A stretch of 64,000 bases of DNA, taken from contig CALVSO010000004.1 in the NCBI GenBank assembly GCA_944359055.1, positions 508-64,507 on the forward strand, written 5' to 3'. Shown in pieces: positions 40,253 through 49,710 of the stretch (positions within the stretch are counted from its first letter, which is position 1; every line of letters begins with the position of its first letter). Source of the DNA: an uncultured Bacilli bacterium. Its GTDB lineage: Bacteria > Bacillota_I > Bacilli_A > RF39 > UBA660. The notes under the pieces were generated by a model that was not told the DNA's origin, made no database searches, and was given only the letters and a program-made list of their open reading frames with translations. Position numbers and translations under genes: made by a program.

Positions 40253-41005
40253 ATGTGGATTATATTAATAATTATTGGTTTAGTTTTACTTTCATCAATA
40301 AAACAAATTGATGAATATGAAAGAGGCGTTAAATTTACGACTGGAAAATTTAGTAAAATGATGGACCCAGGATGGCGATTAGTATTACCTATTTTTCAAT
40401 CATTTAAAAAAGTAGATATCAGAACAAAAGCTGTTGATGTTCCAGAACAAGAAGCAATTACTAAAGATAATGTATCAGTAAAAATTAATGCTGTTTTATA
40501 TTATAAAGTATTTGACGCTTCTAAAGCTATATTGGCTGTGGAAAACTTTAGATATGCTGTTAGTCAATTAGCTCAAACTACAATGCGTAATGCTGTTGGT
40601 GCTGTTTCATTAGATGATTTATTAGGTGAAAGAGAAAAAATATCTGGTGAAATTTGTAAAATTATTGATGAAGCAACAGATCCTTGGGGAATTAAAGTAG
40701 AAAATGTCGAATTAAAAGATATTTCACTTCCTGAAGAAATGAAAAGAGTTATTGCTAAAGCCGCTGAAGCTGAAAGAGAAAAAATAGCAGTTATAACTAA
40801 AGCACAAGGTGAAGTTGAAGCATCACAAAATTTAGCTAAAGCTGCTGAAATAATGTCTACTACACCTGGTGCACTACATTTAAGAACATTAGCAACTTTA
40901 AATGATTTAAGTTCAGATCAATCAAATACAATTATATTCGCAGTTCCAATCGAAGTTCTAAGAGCTTTTGAAGGTTCAGATTTAACTAAAATTATTAAGA
41001 AATAG
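40253..41005 (+). CDS. SPFH/stomatin (slipin) family protein
   Basis: EYERGV, VD.R...DVP.Q..ITKDNV, LAQTT.R and TDPWGIKVE.VE. Confidence 0.93.
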   Translation: MWIILIIIGLVLLSSIKQIDEYERGVKFTTGKFSKMMDPGWRLVLPIFQSFKKVDIRTKAVDVPEQEAITKDNVSVKINAVLYYKVFDASKAILAVENFRYAVSQLAQTTMRNAVGAVSLDDLLGEREKISGEICKIIDEATDPWGIKVENVELKDISLPEEMKRVIAKAAEAEREKIAVITKAQGEVEASQNLAKAAEIMSTTPGALHLRTLATLNDLSSDQSNTIIFAVPIEVLRAFEGSDLTKIIKK

Positions 41006-41041
41006 ACATTACAGTCTATTTTTTTCATATTATAATACTAG

Positions 41042-41650
41042 GTGATTAGAATGCATTATATAGGAATAATTGGTAGAAAAAATGATAATAAAATAACTTT
41101 TAATCAAGAAGTTATAAATGTTATTAATAAATATAATTGCATTCCAATCGGTATTATAGTTGATTTTGATAATAATACAAATATAGAATTTAATAAAATT
41201 AAAAACATAATTGATTTATGTGATGGATTTATTTTACAAGGTGGATCTAATTATTATGATATTGATATAATAATTACAAAATACTTATACGAAAATAATA
41301 TACCAACTTTAGGAATTTGTTTAGGAATGCAAACTATGGCAATGACATTTAATGGAACAATAAGTGAAATTAACAATCATAATAGAAAAAATAAATATGT
41401 CCACTACATTAAAATAAATGAAAATTCTAAATTGTATAATATCATTAAAAAAGATAAAATTTTTGTTAATAGTAGACATAATTCATATATAGTAAATACA
41501 GATTTAGATGTATCCGCAACTAATAATATAATAGAAGCAATTGAAGATAAAAATAAAAAATTTTTTATAGGAGTACAATGGCATCCTGAAAGTATAATGG
41601 ACGAAAATAGTATTTTATTATTTAATTATTTCTTTTTAAGCATAAAATGA
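41042..41650 (+). CDS. Peptidase C26 / PuuD-like class I glutamine amidotransferase
   Basis: DGFILQGG, LGICLGMQ, VNSRH and GVQWHPE. Confidence 0.88.
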   Translation: MIRMHYIGIIGRKNDNKITFNQEVINVINKYNCIPIGIIVDFDNNTNIEFNKIKNIIDLCDGFILQGGSNYYDIDIIITKYLYENNIPTLGICLGMQTMAMTFNGTISEINNHNRKNKYVHYIKINENSKLYNIIKKDKIFVNSRHNSYIVNTDLDVSATNNIIEAIEDKNKKFFIGVQWHPESIMDENSILLFNYFFLSIK

Positions 41651-41680
41651 TAAAAAATTTAAAAATTTTCATAAAAATAC

Positions 41681-41709
41681 TTGCCAAAACAAAAAAAATA
41701 CGATATACT
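41681..41709 (+). promoter_or_regulatory. sigmaA promoter of the tRNA operon
   Basis: TTGCCA, 17-nt spacer, TATACT, with an AT-rich UP element. Confidence 0.75.
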
Positions 41710-41729
41710 TAATATGCGTTTCGAAAGAC

Positions 41730-41806
<77 letters not shown>

Positions 41807-41809
41807 TAC

Positions 41810-41886
41810 GCCTTAATAGCTCAGTCGGTTAGAGCACTTGACTGTTAATCAAGGGGTCGTAGGTTCGAGTCCTACTTGAGGCGCCA
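41810..41886 (+). tRNA. tRNA-Asn(GTT)
   Basis: GCCTTAA...TTGAGGCGCCA, anticodon loop CTGTTAA. Confidence 0.96.
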
Positions 41887-41888
41887 TT

Positions 41889-41965
41889 GGCCAGTTGGTG
41901 AAGTGGCTTAACACACTGCCCTTTCACGGCAGCATTCACGGGTTCGAATCCCGTACTGGTCACCA
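41889..41965 (+). tRNA. tRNA-Glu(TTC)
   Basis: GGCCAGT...ACTGGTCACCA, anticodon loop CTTTCAC. Confidence 0.96.
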
Positions 41966-41971
41966 ATTAGT

Positions 41972-42002
41972 AAAAAAAAAACTAACTTATGTTAGTTTTT
42001 TT
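41972..42002 (+). terminator. Terminator of the tRNA operon (bidirectional)
   Basis: A-run, CTAAC-TTAT-GTTAG, T-run. Confidence 0.8.
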
Positions 42003-42093
42003 ATTATTAAAAAATACTAATGATTATTATATTTCAAGTTAAAAAATTAATATATAATTATTTATATTGTAATTGTGTTTATTACAAAGAAAC

Positions 42094-42126
42094 AAAAAAT
42101 CGAGCAAATTTCAAATACTCGATTTT
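42094..42126 (-). terminator. Terminator downstream of the 42229 ORF
   Basis: AAAATCGAG...CTCGATTTT hairpin. Confidence 0.55.
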
Positions 42127-42228
42127 AAAAATACTATATAATTATAGTGATACACTACTCTATTAATAAAACTAGTAATTTTTATATATATTTTTTACTT
42201 TATAAAACATAATTTTATGAATATTTTG

Positions 42229-42627
42229 TTACTTAATTTTATTATTGTTTAAAAATTTTACAAGTTTTTCTTCATCTGAATATATTCTGTATAATGATAT
42301 TTGGCTTATTTCTTTTTTCTTTGAATCAAAACCACCTTTTGTTTTTTCAATATTTCCATTAATAATTATATTATTTGATTCAACTGAAAAATCTATGATT
42401 TTCTTAATTATGTATTGTACAGAATCTGTATTTCTAGAATCATAAATACCACTACCACTATCCCATTTTACATGATAATGTAATTCATTATTATCATCTA
42501 TAAATAATTTAGAATTTTTTAATTTATTTCGAATTCCTTGATTATAACAAAAATTTATAAATATAGGTATTCCTCTTCTAACTTTCAATTTTTTAATTTT
42601 ATTTCCATCTTTATGAAATTTGTACAT
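42229..42627 (-). CDS. Hypothetical protein, possibly a remnant
   Basis: 132-aa ORF with an RBS-like GAGTGA, in a decayed AT-rich region. Confidence 0.5.
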   Translation of the reverse strand: MYKFHKDGNKIKKLKVRRGIPIFINFCYNQGIRNKLKNSKLFIDDNNELHYHVKWDSGSGIYDSRNTDSVQYIIKKIIDFSVESNNIIINGNIEKTKGGFDSKKKEISQISLYRIYSDEEKLVKFLNNNKIK

Positions 42628-42958
42628 CTTTTATCACTCTTCCAATAATTATAAATAATTCTATTATTTTTTATATTTTTCTTTTTGCTTTTATATTATC
42701 TATTTTCATCAGTAAATTTTTCTGGAATATTACACTTTAATAATTTTATAAGTTTAATTAGTTCTTTTTCAGCATAATCTTTCAAACATGTTTTTTATCA
42801 TTTGTATTTAAATCTATATTTAATTTTTATGGTAATTTAATTACATCAATAAATATTATTTTAAAAATTGCTATTTTTTAGTATATAGTAATTTTTTTGT
42901 AACATCAAATTAAAGTAATCATTATTCATTATATATATTGTTATATTTTATATTAATC

Positions 42959-44152
42959 CTATAATTTTCCTTTAACACCTTTACTACCACCAAAATTGCT
43001 CAAAATATTAGTATCAAATGAGAATGTTTTTTGATGACGTAATTTATACTGTTTAATAGCTAATGTGATCATTTCATCTAATAATTGTTCATAAGATTTA
43101 TCAGTCTTTTCCCATAAGTAAAATGATAAACTACCAGGTATTGTATTAGGTTCATTGATATATATTTTATTTGTTTTACCATCAATTAAGAAATCGATAC
43201 GACAAACACCACTTAAATTTAAAGCTTTAAATGCTTCTTTAGCTATCTCTTTTACTTTTTCAGTTGTTTTTTCATCTAATCTAGCAGGAATAATTCTACT
43301 AGCTCCAGCCATTCCTTTGCTACCTTTAGAACCTAACTTACCTTTTCCACCACTTAAATACTTATCTTGATAAGTTAAAAATTCAGCTGTACTCATTACT
43401 TCTTCTAAAGTACTTGTTTGTTGATTAACATAATTGCCTAAAACACTACAATTAACCTCAACTAAATTTTCTACAGCTTTTTCTACTACAATTTTAGTAT
43501 CATATTTAATAGCTTCTTCAATAGCATTTTCAATTCCTTCACTATCTTTTACAAAGGTAATTCCTACACTACTTCCAAGTGTTGCAGGTTTAACTATAAC
43601 TGGATAGCCAATTTTTTTGATTTTTTTAAGTATTTCTTCTTTTTCTTCAAAATATTCATTATCAAAAAACCAAGTATAATCTACAACAGGTAAATCTAAA
43701 CTTTGAAATACTTGTTTCATTATTACTTTATCTTGACCTAAACTTGATCCTAAAACATTACTTCCAACATATGGAACTCCTACCATCTCTAAATAACCTT
43801 GAATAGTACCATCTTCCATATTATTACCATGAACAACAGGAAGAACTATATCCAAATCAGCTACTACTGTTCTAAAAAGATTTAAAGCTTGTAATCTAAA
43901 TGCTCCATTATGATTATATAATACTACTTTTTTAGCGTATTTTTTTAATGTTTCAAAATCACGATAGATATCGATATCCATTAACATTTTACCTGTGTAC
44001 CAAGTTCTATCTTTTGCTACATAAATTGGATAAATATCATATTTTTCCTTATTTAAATGATTCATTGCTTGAACTGCTGAAATAATACTTACTTCATGTT
44101 CAACAGTCACACCACCAAATATTACTCCTACTTTAATTTTCATTATTATCAT
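42959..44152 (-). CDS. ddl: D-alanine--D-alanine ligase
   Basis: FGG..VEHEVS, HG..MEDG.IQG, VKPATLGSSVGI, RIDF and NEPNTIPG. Confidence 0.93.
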   Translation of the reverse strand: MIIMKIKVGVIFGGVTVEHEVSIISAVQAMNHLNKEKYDIYPIYVAKDRTWYTGKMLMDIDIYRDFETLKKYAKKVVLYNHNGAFRLQALNLFRTVVADLDIVLPVVHGNNMEDGTIQGYLEMVGVPYVGSNVLGSSLGQDKVIMKQVFQSLDLPVVDYTWFFDNEYFEEKEEILKKIKKIGYPVIVKPATLGSSVGITFVKDSEGIENAIEEAIKYDTKIVVEKAVENLVEVNCSVLGNYVNQQTSTLEEVMSTAEFLTYQDKYLSGGKGKLGSKGSKGMAGASRIIPARLDEKTTEKVKEIAKEAFKALNLSGVCRIDFLIDGKTNKIYINEPNTIPGSLSFYLWEKTDKSYEQLLDEMITLAIKQYKLRHQKTFSFDTNILSNFGGSKGVKGKL

Positions 44153-44873
44153 CTCCTATAAAACTTTTAAGTACTCTTACTGTTTGATCAAATCTTTCTA
44201 AATAAGCATAATGAGAACAGCCTTCATAAGTAACTAATCCACAATTATCAATCAATTTTTCTAATTCATATGCATCATTGATACTAACTGCTTGATCCAT
44301 AGTCCCCCAAATAAGTAAAGTTGGACATTTAATTTTATATAATTGATCAGATATATCATAATTTACTGTTTCAACTAATATTTTACGCATCATATCACTG
44401 GCATTCTTATAATCAGTTGAACCAATATGTCTTTTAGCAAATCCTTCTAATTTATTTAAAACTGGTATCTTTTTAGCAGTTTTTAATAATTTAGTTTTTA
44501 AAGATAATTTTTTAACATTCTTTTTATATGGACTAGCTAAACAAATTAATTTTTTTACATTATATTTTGTAGCATATAATAGCCCTATCTTCCCACCAAA
44601 TGAATGACCAATTATAATAGGATTATCAACATGCAATTTATCTAATAATTCTTTTAAAAATGAAACATAATCATCTACAGTCCATACTTCTTTTGGTTCT
44701 TCGCTTTTACCATAGCCTGGTAAATCAACTATTATAATTCTATTAGTATTAATAAATTGATTACCAAGTCCTTGCATCATTTCTATATTTTGTCCCCAAC
44801 CATGTAACAAAACTATTGGGTTGCTTTTTGTGCCATAATCTACATAATTAATATCTACATCTTTTATTACCAT
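44133..44873 (-). CDS. Alpha/beta hydrolase
   Basis: LLHGWG, DLPGYG, GHSFGG, WG..D and H. Confidence 0.92.
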   Translation of the reverse strand: MVIKDVDINYVDYGTKSNPIVLLHGWGQNIEMMQGLGNQFINTNRIIIVDLPGYGKSEEPKEVWTVDDYVSFLKELLDKLHVDNPIIIGHSFGGKIGLLYATKYNVKKLICLASPYKKNVKKLSLKTKLLKTAKKIPVLNKLEGFAKRHIGSTDYKNASDMMRKILVETVNYDISDQLYKIKCPTLLIWGTMDQAVSINDAYELEKLIDNCGLVTYEGCSHYAYLERFDQTVRVLKSFIGDDNNEN

Positions 44874-44924
44874 GTTCTCACCTTCTTAATTATACCATTT
44901 TTTTCATATTTTTCAAACAATTTA

Positions 44925-45329
44925 TTAATTTATAATAATATTTTCAATATTTAAATTTCTTATTTTATTTAAATCACAATTAACTTTTATTTTTTTTATT
45001 ATAATTCCTGAAATATTAAAATTTATTGATTCATTTTTATAATTGTTATTAATTAATTCACTAATAACGGCATTTTTAAATGTTTCAACATCTTTAAATT
45101 TATATCTTTTTTTTATCTTATATAGATCATTAATATATGGCTCAACCCATACAACATTTATATCATTAAAATATAAATTAAAATTATTAGTAGATATATT
45201 TTGATTAGGAAATTCTAAAATATATGTATTTGATTCTAATTTTATCTCATTAAAAACAGGCATAGAAGGATTATTTATAAATAATAAAAAAAATACAAAT
45301 AGAATAAATTTTTTCATAAAACTCACCAT
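44925..45329 (-). CDS. Hypothetical protein with an N-terminal hydrophobic segment
   Basis: ORF track, RBS GGTGAG. Confidence 0.6.
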   Translation of the reverse strand: MVSFMKKFILFVFFLLFINNPSMPVFNEIKLESNTYILEFPNQNISTNNFNLYFNDINVVWVEPYINDLYKIKKRYKFKDVETFKNAVISELINNNYKNESINFNISGIIIKKIKVNCDLNKIRNLNIENIIIN

Positions 45330-45355
45330 TTGTATTTTGTCCTTTTTTATTTAAA

Positions 45356-46585
45356 TTATTTTTTTATTTCTTCAATATCCATACTTCTTTTATGTTTTAT
45401 TGGTTCCCAAGCTAAATCTTTCTTAAATAAACAGATAAAGTTAATTGGTATCCATGTTAACATAAAAAGTGAGAATAATAATATACCTGACATTATATCT
45501 TTAACACTTTTCTTATTATATCTAATAACAAATATATTAATTACAACATTAGCTAAATAAGTTATTAAGAAGAATAATATACCATATGAATACATATATG
45601 AAAACACATCATATAATTGTACATTAAATATTCTAAATAATATTAATACGACTGTTAATAAAGTAGCTAAAACTTGAACATATGGTGCCATAAAAGATAA
45701 TAACATATCTAAACAAGCAATATAACCTGTTTTACTATATGTTCTAAATAAATCTTTATAATATCTTTTAAAACATTGCATATTACCCATTGACCATCTT
45801 TTTCTTTGCTTCCAAGATTGCTTAAATTCTGTTGGTTGTTCATCATATGTAAGAGCATCTTCCACAAACATAACTTTTATTCCTCTTAATGCACATTGAG
45901 CTGTGAATTCAACATCTTCAGTTAAAGTGTATGTATTAAATCCATATTCGTCAATAACTTCTTTTTTTATCATAAAACCTGTACCATTTATACTAGCTGC
46001 TCCACCCATTTGCATACGTGCTTTACTGAAAAAGAAATTTTGAATCCAATAAAATATAGAATAACTTCCACTTATCCAGTTATCACTTGGGTTTTTACTA
46101 TCTCTAAATCCTTGCGCAACTTTATGTCCTTCACATAATGCATCATTCATTCTTGCTAAAAATTCTGGATGAACAACATTATCAGCATCAAATATTATAT
46201 ATGCATCGATATCTTTATTTTTAGATAGCTTATCAAATGTAAATTTTAAAACTTCACCTTTTGATTTTGTTGGTACAGTACATTTAATAATTTTAGCTCC
46301 AGCTTTCTTAGCAGCTTTTTCTGTATCATCAGTACAATTATTAGGTATTACATAAACATCGTATAAATCTTCAGGATAATCTTGTTTTAACAAACTTTTA
46401 ACTAAATTTCCAATAACTCCTTCTTCATTTCTTGAAGCAATTAAAATAGCAAATTTGTGTTTTGGTTTATGCTTTTTTATTAATTTTTTATTAATATTTT
46501 TAAAAGCAAAAAAACCAGTTAATAAAAAATATAAACCATATGCCAAAGACATAATAAATAAAATATAATAAATAAATTGTATCAT
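45356..46585 (-). CDS. Processive GT2 glycosyltransferase (cellulose synthase-like)
   Basis: RNEE, NNCTD, FDADN, LTED and QRKRW (QxxRW), with flanking TMs. Confidence 0.9.
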   Translation of the reverse strand: MIQFIYYILFIMSLAYGLYFLLTGFFAFKNINKKLIKKHKPKHKFAILIASRNEEGVIGNLVKSLLKQDYPEDLYDVYVIPNNCTDDTEKAAKKAGAKIIKCTVPTKSKGEVLKFTFDKLSKNKDIDAYIIFDADNVVHPEFLARMNDALCEGHKVAQGFRDSKNPSDNWISGSYSIFYWIQNFFFSKARMQMGGAASINGTGFMIKKEVIDEYGFNTYTLTEDVEFTAQCALRGIKVMFVEDALTYDEQPTEFKQSWKQRKRWSMGNMQCFKRYYKDLFRTYSKTGYIACLDMLLSFMAPYVQVLATLLTVVLILFRIFNVQLYDVFSYMYSYGILFFLITYLANVVINIFVIRYNKKSVKDIMSGILLFSLFMLTWIPINFICLFKKDLAWEPIKHKRSMDIEEIKK

Positions 46586-46648
46586 TAAAATTTCACTCCT
46601 AAAACTTGATATTTACATTATACCATATTTTACTAAAATAGTAAAAAA

Positions 46649-47080
46649 CTATAAATATTTTTTCAAACTATTTATAGTTTCGTTTTGAAATTCTAAAAAT
46701 TCTTTTGCCATTTTAATAGTTTTTTTATCAGCAATTTCATCATATTGACTAATTTTCTTTTCCATATCTAATGTTCCCATTGATATACCTTTTATTAACA
46801 TATCAGCAATACTAGCATCACTATTATCACTAATAACTTCTTTTTTTATTCCTAAACTTGATCCCATTTTAGCCATCATACCAATTGGCTTTGCCTTTAC
46901 ACCTTTTAATTGTTTTTTAATACTCTTATAATACTCTTCATATTTTTTTAATATATCTTCTAATGTTTTAATAATTTTATTATCTTTATCTTTTAATTCA
47001 TTAATTAATTTTTCTATTGAATATTTTGCCATTTCACTATCTTGGTAAATATATTCTAATAATTCATTATTTTCATTCAT
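46649..47080 (-). CDS. Hypothetical helical (ferritin-like) protein, probably expressed in the forespore
   Basis: 143-aa ORF with an SDASIADMLIKG.SMG motif. sigG-like promoter upstream. Confidence 0.65.
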   Translation of the reverse strand: MNENNELLEYIYQDSEMAKYSIEKLINELKDKDNKIIKTLEDILKKYEEYYKSIKKQLKGVKAKPIGMMAKMGSSLGIKKEVISDNSDASIADMLIKGISMGTLDMEKKISQYDEIADKKTIKMAKEFLEFQNETINSLKKYL

Positions 47081-47097
47081 AATATCATCTCCAATAA

Positions 47098-47126
47098 TAT
47101 TATGGAATTAAATAATTATTTTATAC
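47098..47126 (-). promoter_or_regulatory. sigG-like promoter
   Basis: GTATA, 17-nt spacer, CATAATA. Confidence 0.5.
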
Positions 47127-47139
47127 AAAAAAAGGTGCA

Positions 47140-48012
47140 TTAAGCACCCATTTGTTTTGCAACTTCGCTAGCGAAATCTTCTTCTCTTTTTTCCATTCCT
47201 TCGCCAACTTCGAATCTTACCATATTATCAATAGTACCACCATTATTTTTAACATAAGTTAAAACATTGATACTATCATCTTTAACGAAAGATTGTTCTT
47301 CTAAACATGATTCTTGATAGAATTTTAATAATCTACCTTCAACCATTTTTTCAGCTATATTAGCAGGTTTTCCTTCTTCCATAGCTTGTTTTTTAAGTAC
47401 TTCTCTTTCATTATCAACTACTTCTTGAGCTAACTCATCTCTTCTTACAACAGTAGGTTTCATAGCTGCTGCATGCATTGCAACATCTTTAGCAACTTCT
47501 TCTGTTGTATTAGATAAAGTTACTAATACAGCAATTTTTCCACCCATGTGTAAATAAGAACCAAATACTTGATTATCTTCTTTAGTTAATTTTTCAAATC
47601 TTCTGAAAGATAATTTTTCACCAATTTTAGCTGTTTTATTAACAATTAAATCTTCGATAGTTTCTCCATCAACATTTAATTTTAAAACATCTTCATTAGT
47701 TTTAACATCATTATTAATAATAGCTTTTAAAATAGTATCTACTAATGATTTGAATTCTTCGTTTTTAGCAACAAAATCTGTTTCTGAATTTACTTCAACG
47801 ATAACAGCTTTATTACCATCTATTAAAGTAGCAGCTAAACCTTCTGCAGCAATTCTATCTGCTTTTTTAGCGGCTTTACTAATTCCTTTTTCTCTTAACC
47901 AGTTGATAGCTTCATCTATAGAACCATTTGTGGCTTCTAAGGCTTTTTTACAATCAAGCATACCAGCACCAGTTACTTCTCTTAATTCTTTTACTAAACT
48001 AGCACTTATCAT
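47140..48012 (-). CDS. tsf: Elongation factor Ts
   Basis: VKELRE.TGAGMLDCKKAL, EVNSETDFVAKN and RFEVGEG. Confidence 0.98.
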   Translation of the reverse strand: MISASLVKELREVTGAGMLDCKKALEATNGSIDEAINWLREKGISKAAKKADRIAAEGLAATLIDGNKAVIVEVNSETDFVAKNEEFKSLVDTILKAIINNDVKTNEDVLKLNVDGETIEDLIVNKTAKIGEKLSFRRFEKLTKEDNQVFGSYLHMGGKIAVLVTLSNTTEEVAKDVAMHAAAMKPTVVRRDELAQEVVDNEREVLKKQAMEEGKPANIAEKMVEGRLLKFYQESCLEEQSFVKDDSINVLTYVKNNGGTIDNMVRFEVGEGMEKREEDFASEVAKQMGA

Positions 48013-48024
48013 TATTATCTCTCC

Positions 48025-49026
48025 TTATTTTAAAGCTTCTAATAATTCAGCTTTTTTCATAGTTGAATAACCTTTGATTTCTTTTTCTTTAGCTAAATCT
48101 CTTAATTCAGCTACAGTTAAAGATTCTAAATCAACTTTTTTTTCTTCAACTTTAGTTTCTTTTTTTACTTCTTCTTTTACTTGTTTTTTTTCTTCTTTTT
48201 TGAAATCTTTTTTGTTAAATTGTTTTTTAAATGGTTTGGTTTCTTTTCTTGGTCTTTCTTCTCTTTTTTTAACTGTTTCTAAAGCTTTTTGCATAACTTC
48301 AGTAGCATTTTCTTCTTTTTTGTCATTAGCATAATCAATTATTTCTCCACCATTTGCTTCGATAACTGCATTAGCCATAGCACTTGTAATTAATTTTACA
48401 GCTCTAATAGCATCATCATTAGCAGGTATTACATAATCAACCATATCAGGATCACAATTAGTATCAACAATTCCAAATACTGGAATATTTAATTTTCTTG
48501 CTTCTCTTATAGCAATTTCTTCTTTAGAAGGATCTACAATGTATAAAGCTTGAGGTAATTTAGTCATTTCTCTAATACCACATAATAAGTTATCTAATTT
48601 AGCATATTCTTTCTTTAATCCGATAACTTCTTTTTTAGGTAATAAATCAAATGTTCCATCAGCTTCCATTTTTTCGATTTCTTCTAATCTTCTAATTCTT
48701 CTTCTAATTGTTTTGAAATTAGTTAAAGTTCCCCCTAACCATCTTTCAGTTACATAATAAGAATTTGATCTAATTGCTTCTTCTTTAATAGCTTCTTGAG
48801 CTTGTTTTCTAGTACCAACAAATAAAACTTTACCACCATTTGCAGCGATTTCTTTTAATGCTGCATAAGCTTCATCGATTTTTTTAGCTGTTTTTTGTAA
48901 ATCGATAATATAGATTTCATCTCTAGAAGTATAGATGTATTCCTTCATTTTAGGATTCCATCTTTTTGTTTGATGTCCAAAATGAACACCAGCTTCAAGT
49001 AAATAACTCATTGACACAACTGCCAT
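48025..49026 (-). CDS. rpsB: 30S ribosomal protein S2 with a C-terminal Rho-N-like extension
   Basis: [29 protein letters not shown] and [10 protein letters not shown]. Tail [30 protein letters not shown]. Confidence 0.97.
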   Translation of the reverse strand: MAVVSMSYLLEAGVHFGHQTKRWNPKMKEYIYTSRDEIYIIDLQKTAKKIDEAYAALKEIAANGGKVLFVGTRKQAQEAIKEEAIRSNSYYVTERWLGGTLTNFKTIRRRIRRLEEIEKMEADGTFDLLPKKEVIGLKKEYAKLDNLLCGIREMTKLPQALYIVDPSKEEIAIREARKLNIPVFGIVDTNCDPDMVDYVIPANDDAIRAVKLITSAMANAVIEANGGEIIDYANDKKEENATEVMQKALETVKKREERPRKETKPFKKQFNKKDFKKEEKKQVKEEVKKETKVEEKKVDLESLTVAELRDLAKEKEIKGYSTMKKAELLEALK

Positions 49027-49029
49027 TAT

Positions 49030-49175
49030 TTAATTCCTCCTTTTGTTATTACTTCGAGATATTTCAAAATTACACCACTTATAAAAGCACTAGGCATAAA
49101 AATCCATATCTGTGTTTATTTACATTTTCTAAATTATAGCAATCCCCGAATGTAAGCGGTTTAAAAAAGCCACTA
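49030..49175 (-). promoter_or_regulatory. Long structured rpsB 5' leader (probable S2 autoregulatory RNA)
   Basis: Extended -10 TGATATAAT near 49178-49186, followed by a GC-richer leader with pairings TTACATT/AATGTAA and AGATAT/ATATCT. Confidence 0.5.
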
Positions 49176-49228
49176 ATATTATATCATAAAGTTTTTAAAA
49201 ATAAACATATTTTTTTCTTAATTTGATT

Positions 49229-49699
49229 TTATTTTTCAAATTTTATATCACAATTGGCAAGTTTTTTTAATCTTTTAATTCTTATTCTAATTTTATCACT
49301 TTCAAATAACCAAGCATAAGCAGCTTCCCATATTGCTACCCATCCTATTATCAATATAATTTCCGATAAAACAAAATTAATTTTTAAAACATAAGATATA
49401 TAAAGAAATATTATCCCTAATAAAAATATTAGCATTTTTTTTATAGTAGAATATTTAATTATTAGTAAGTTTTCTTCTAAATCAATTTTATAATTGTTAT
49501 GAATTTTATTAATAATATCTTTTTTCTTTTCTTCATTTAATTTAAAATTAGATTTTATAAAAATTGATATTTTGTTGTTAAATGGTTTACCTTTACACTC
49601 TTCATATATATAATTGCTTAAATCATTAGATAAATTATTTGAATTATATTTACTAATATAATCATTTTCATCATCAATATTAATTATTATTTCGTTCAT
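49229..49699 (-). CDS. Hypothetical 2-TM membrane protein
   Basis: SEIILIIGWVAIWEA. Follows parC. Confidence 0.7.
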   Translation of the reverse strand: MNEIIINIDDENDYISKYNSNNLSNDLSNYIYEECKGKPFNNKISIFIKSNFKLNEEKKKDIINKIHNNYKIDLEENLLIIKYSTIKKMLIFLLGIIFLYISYVLKINFVLSEIILIIGWVAIWEAAYAWLFESDKIRIRIKRLKKLANCDIKFEK

Positions 49700-49710
49700 T
49701 TATTCCCTCT

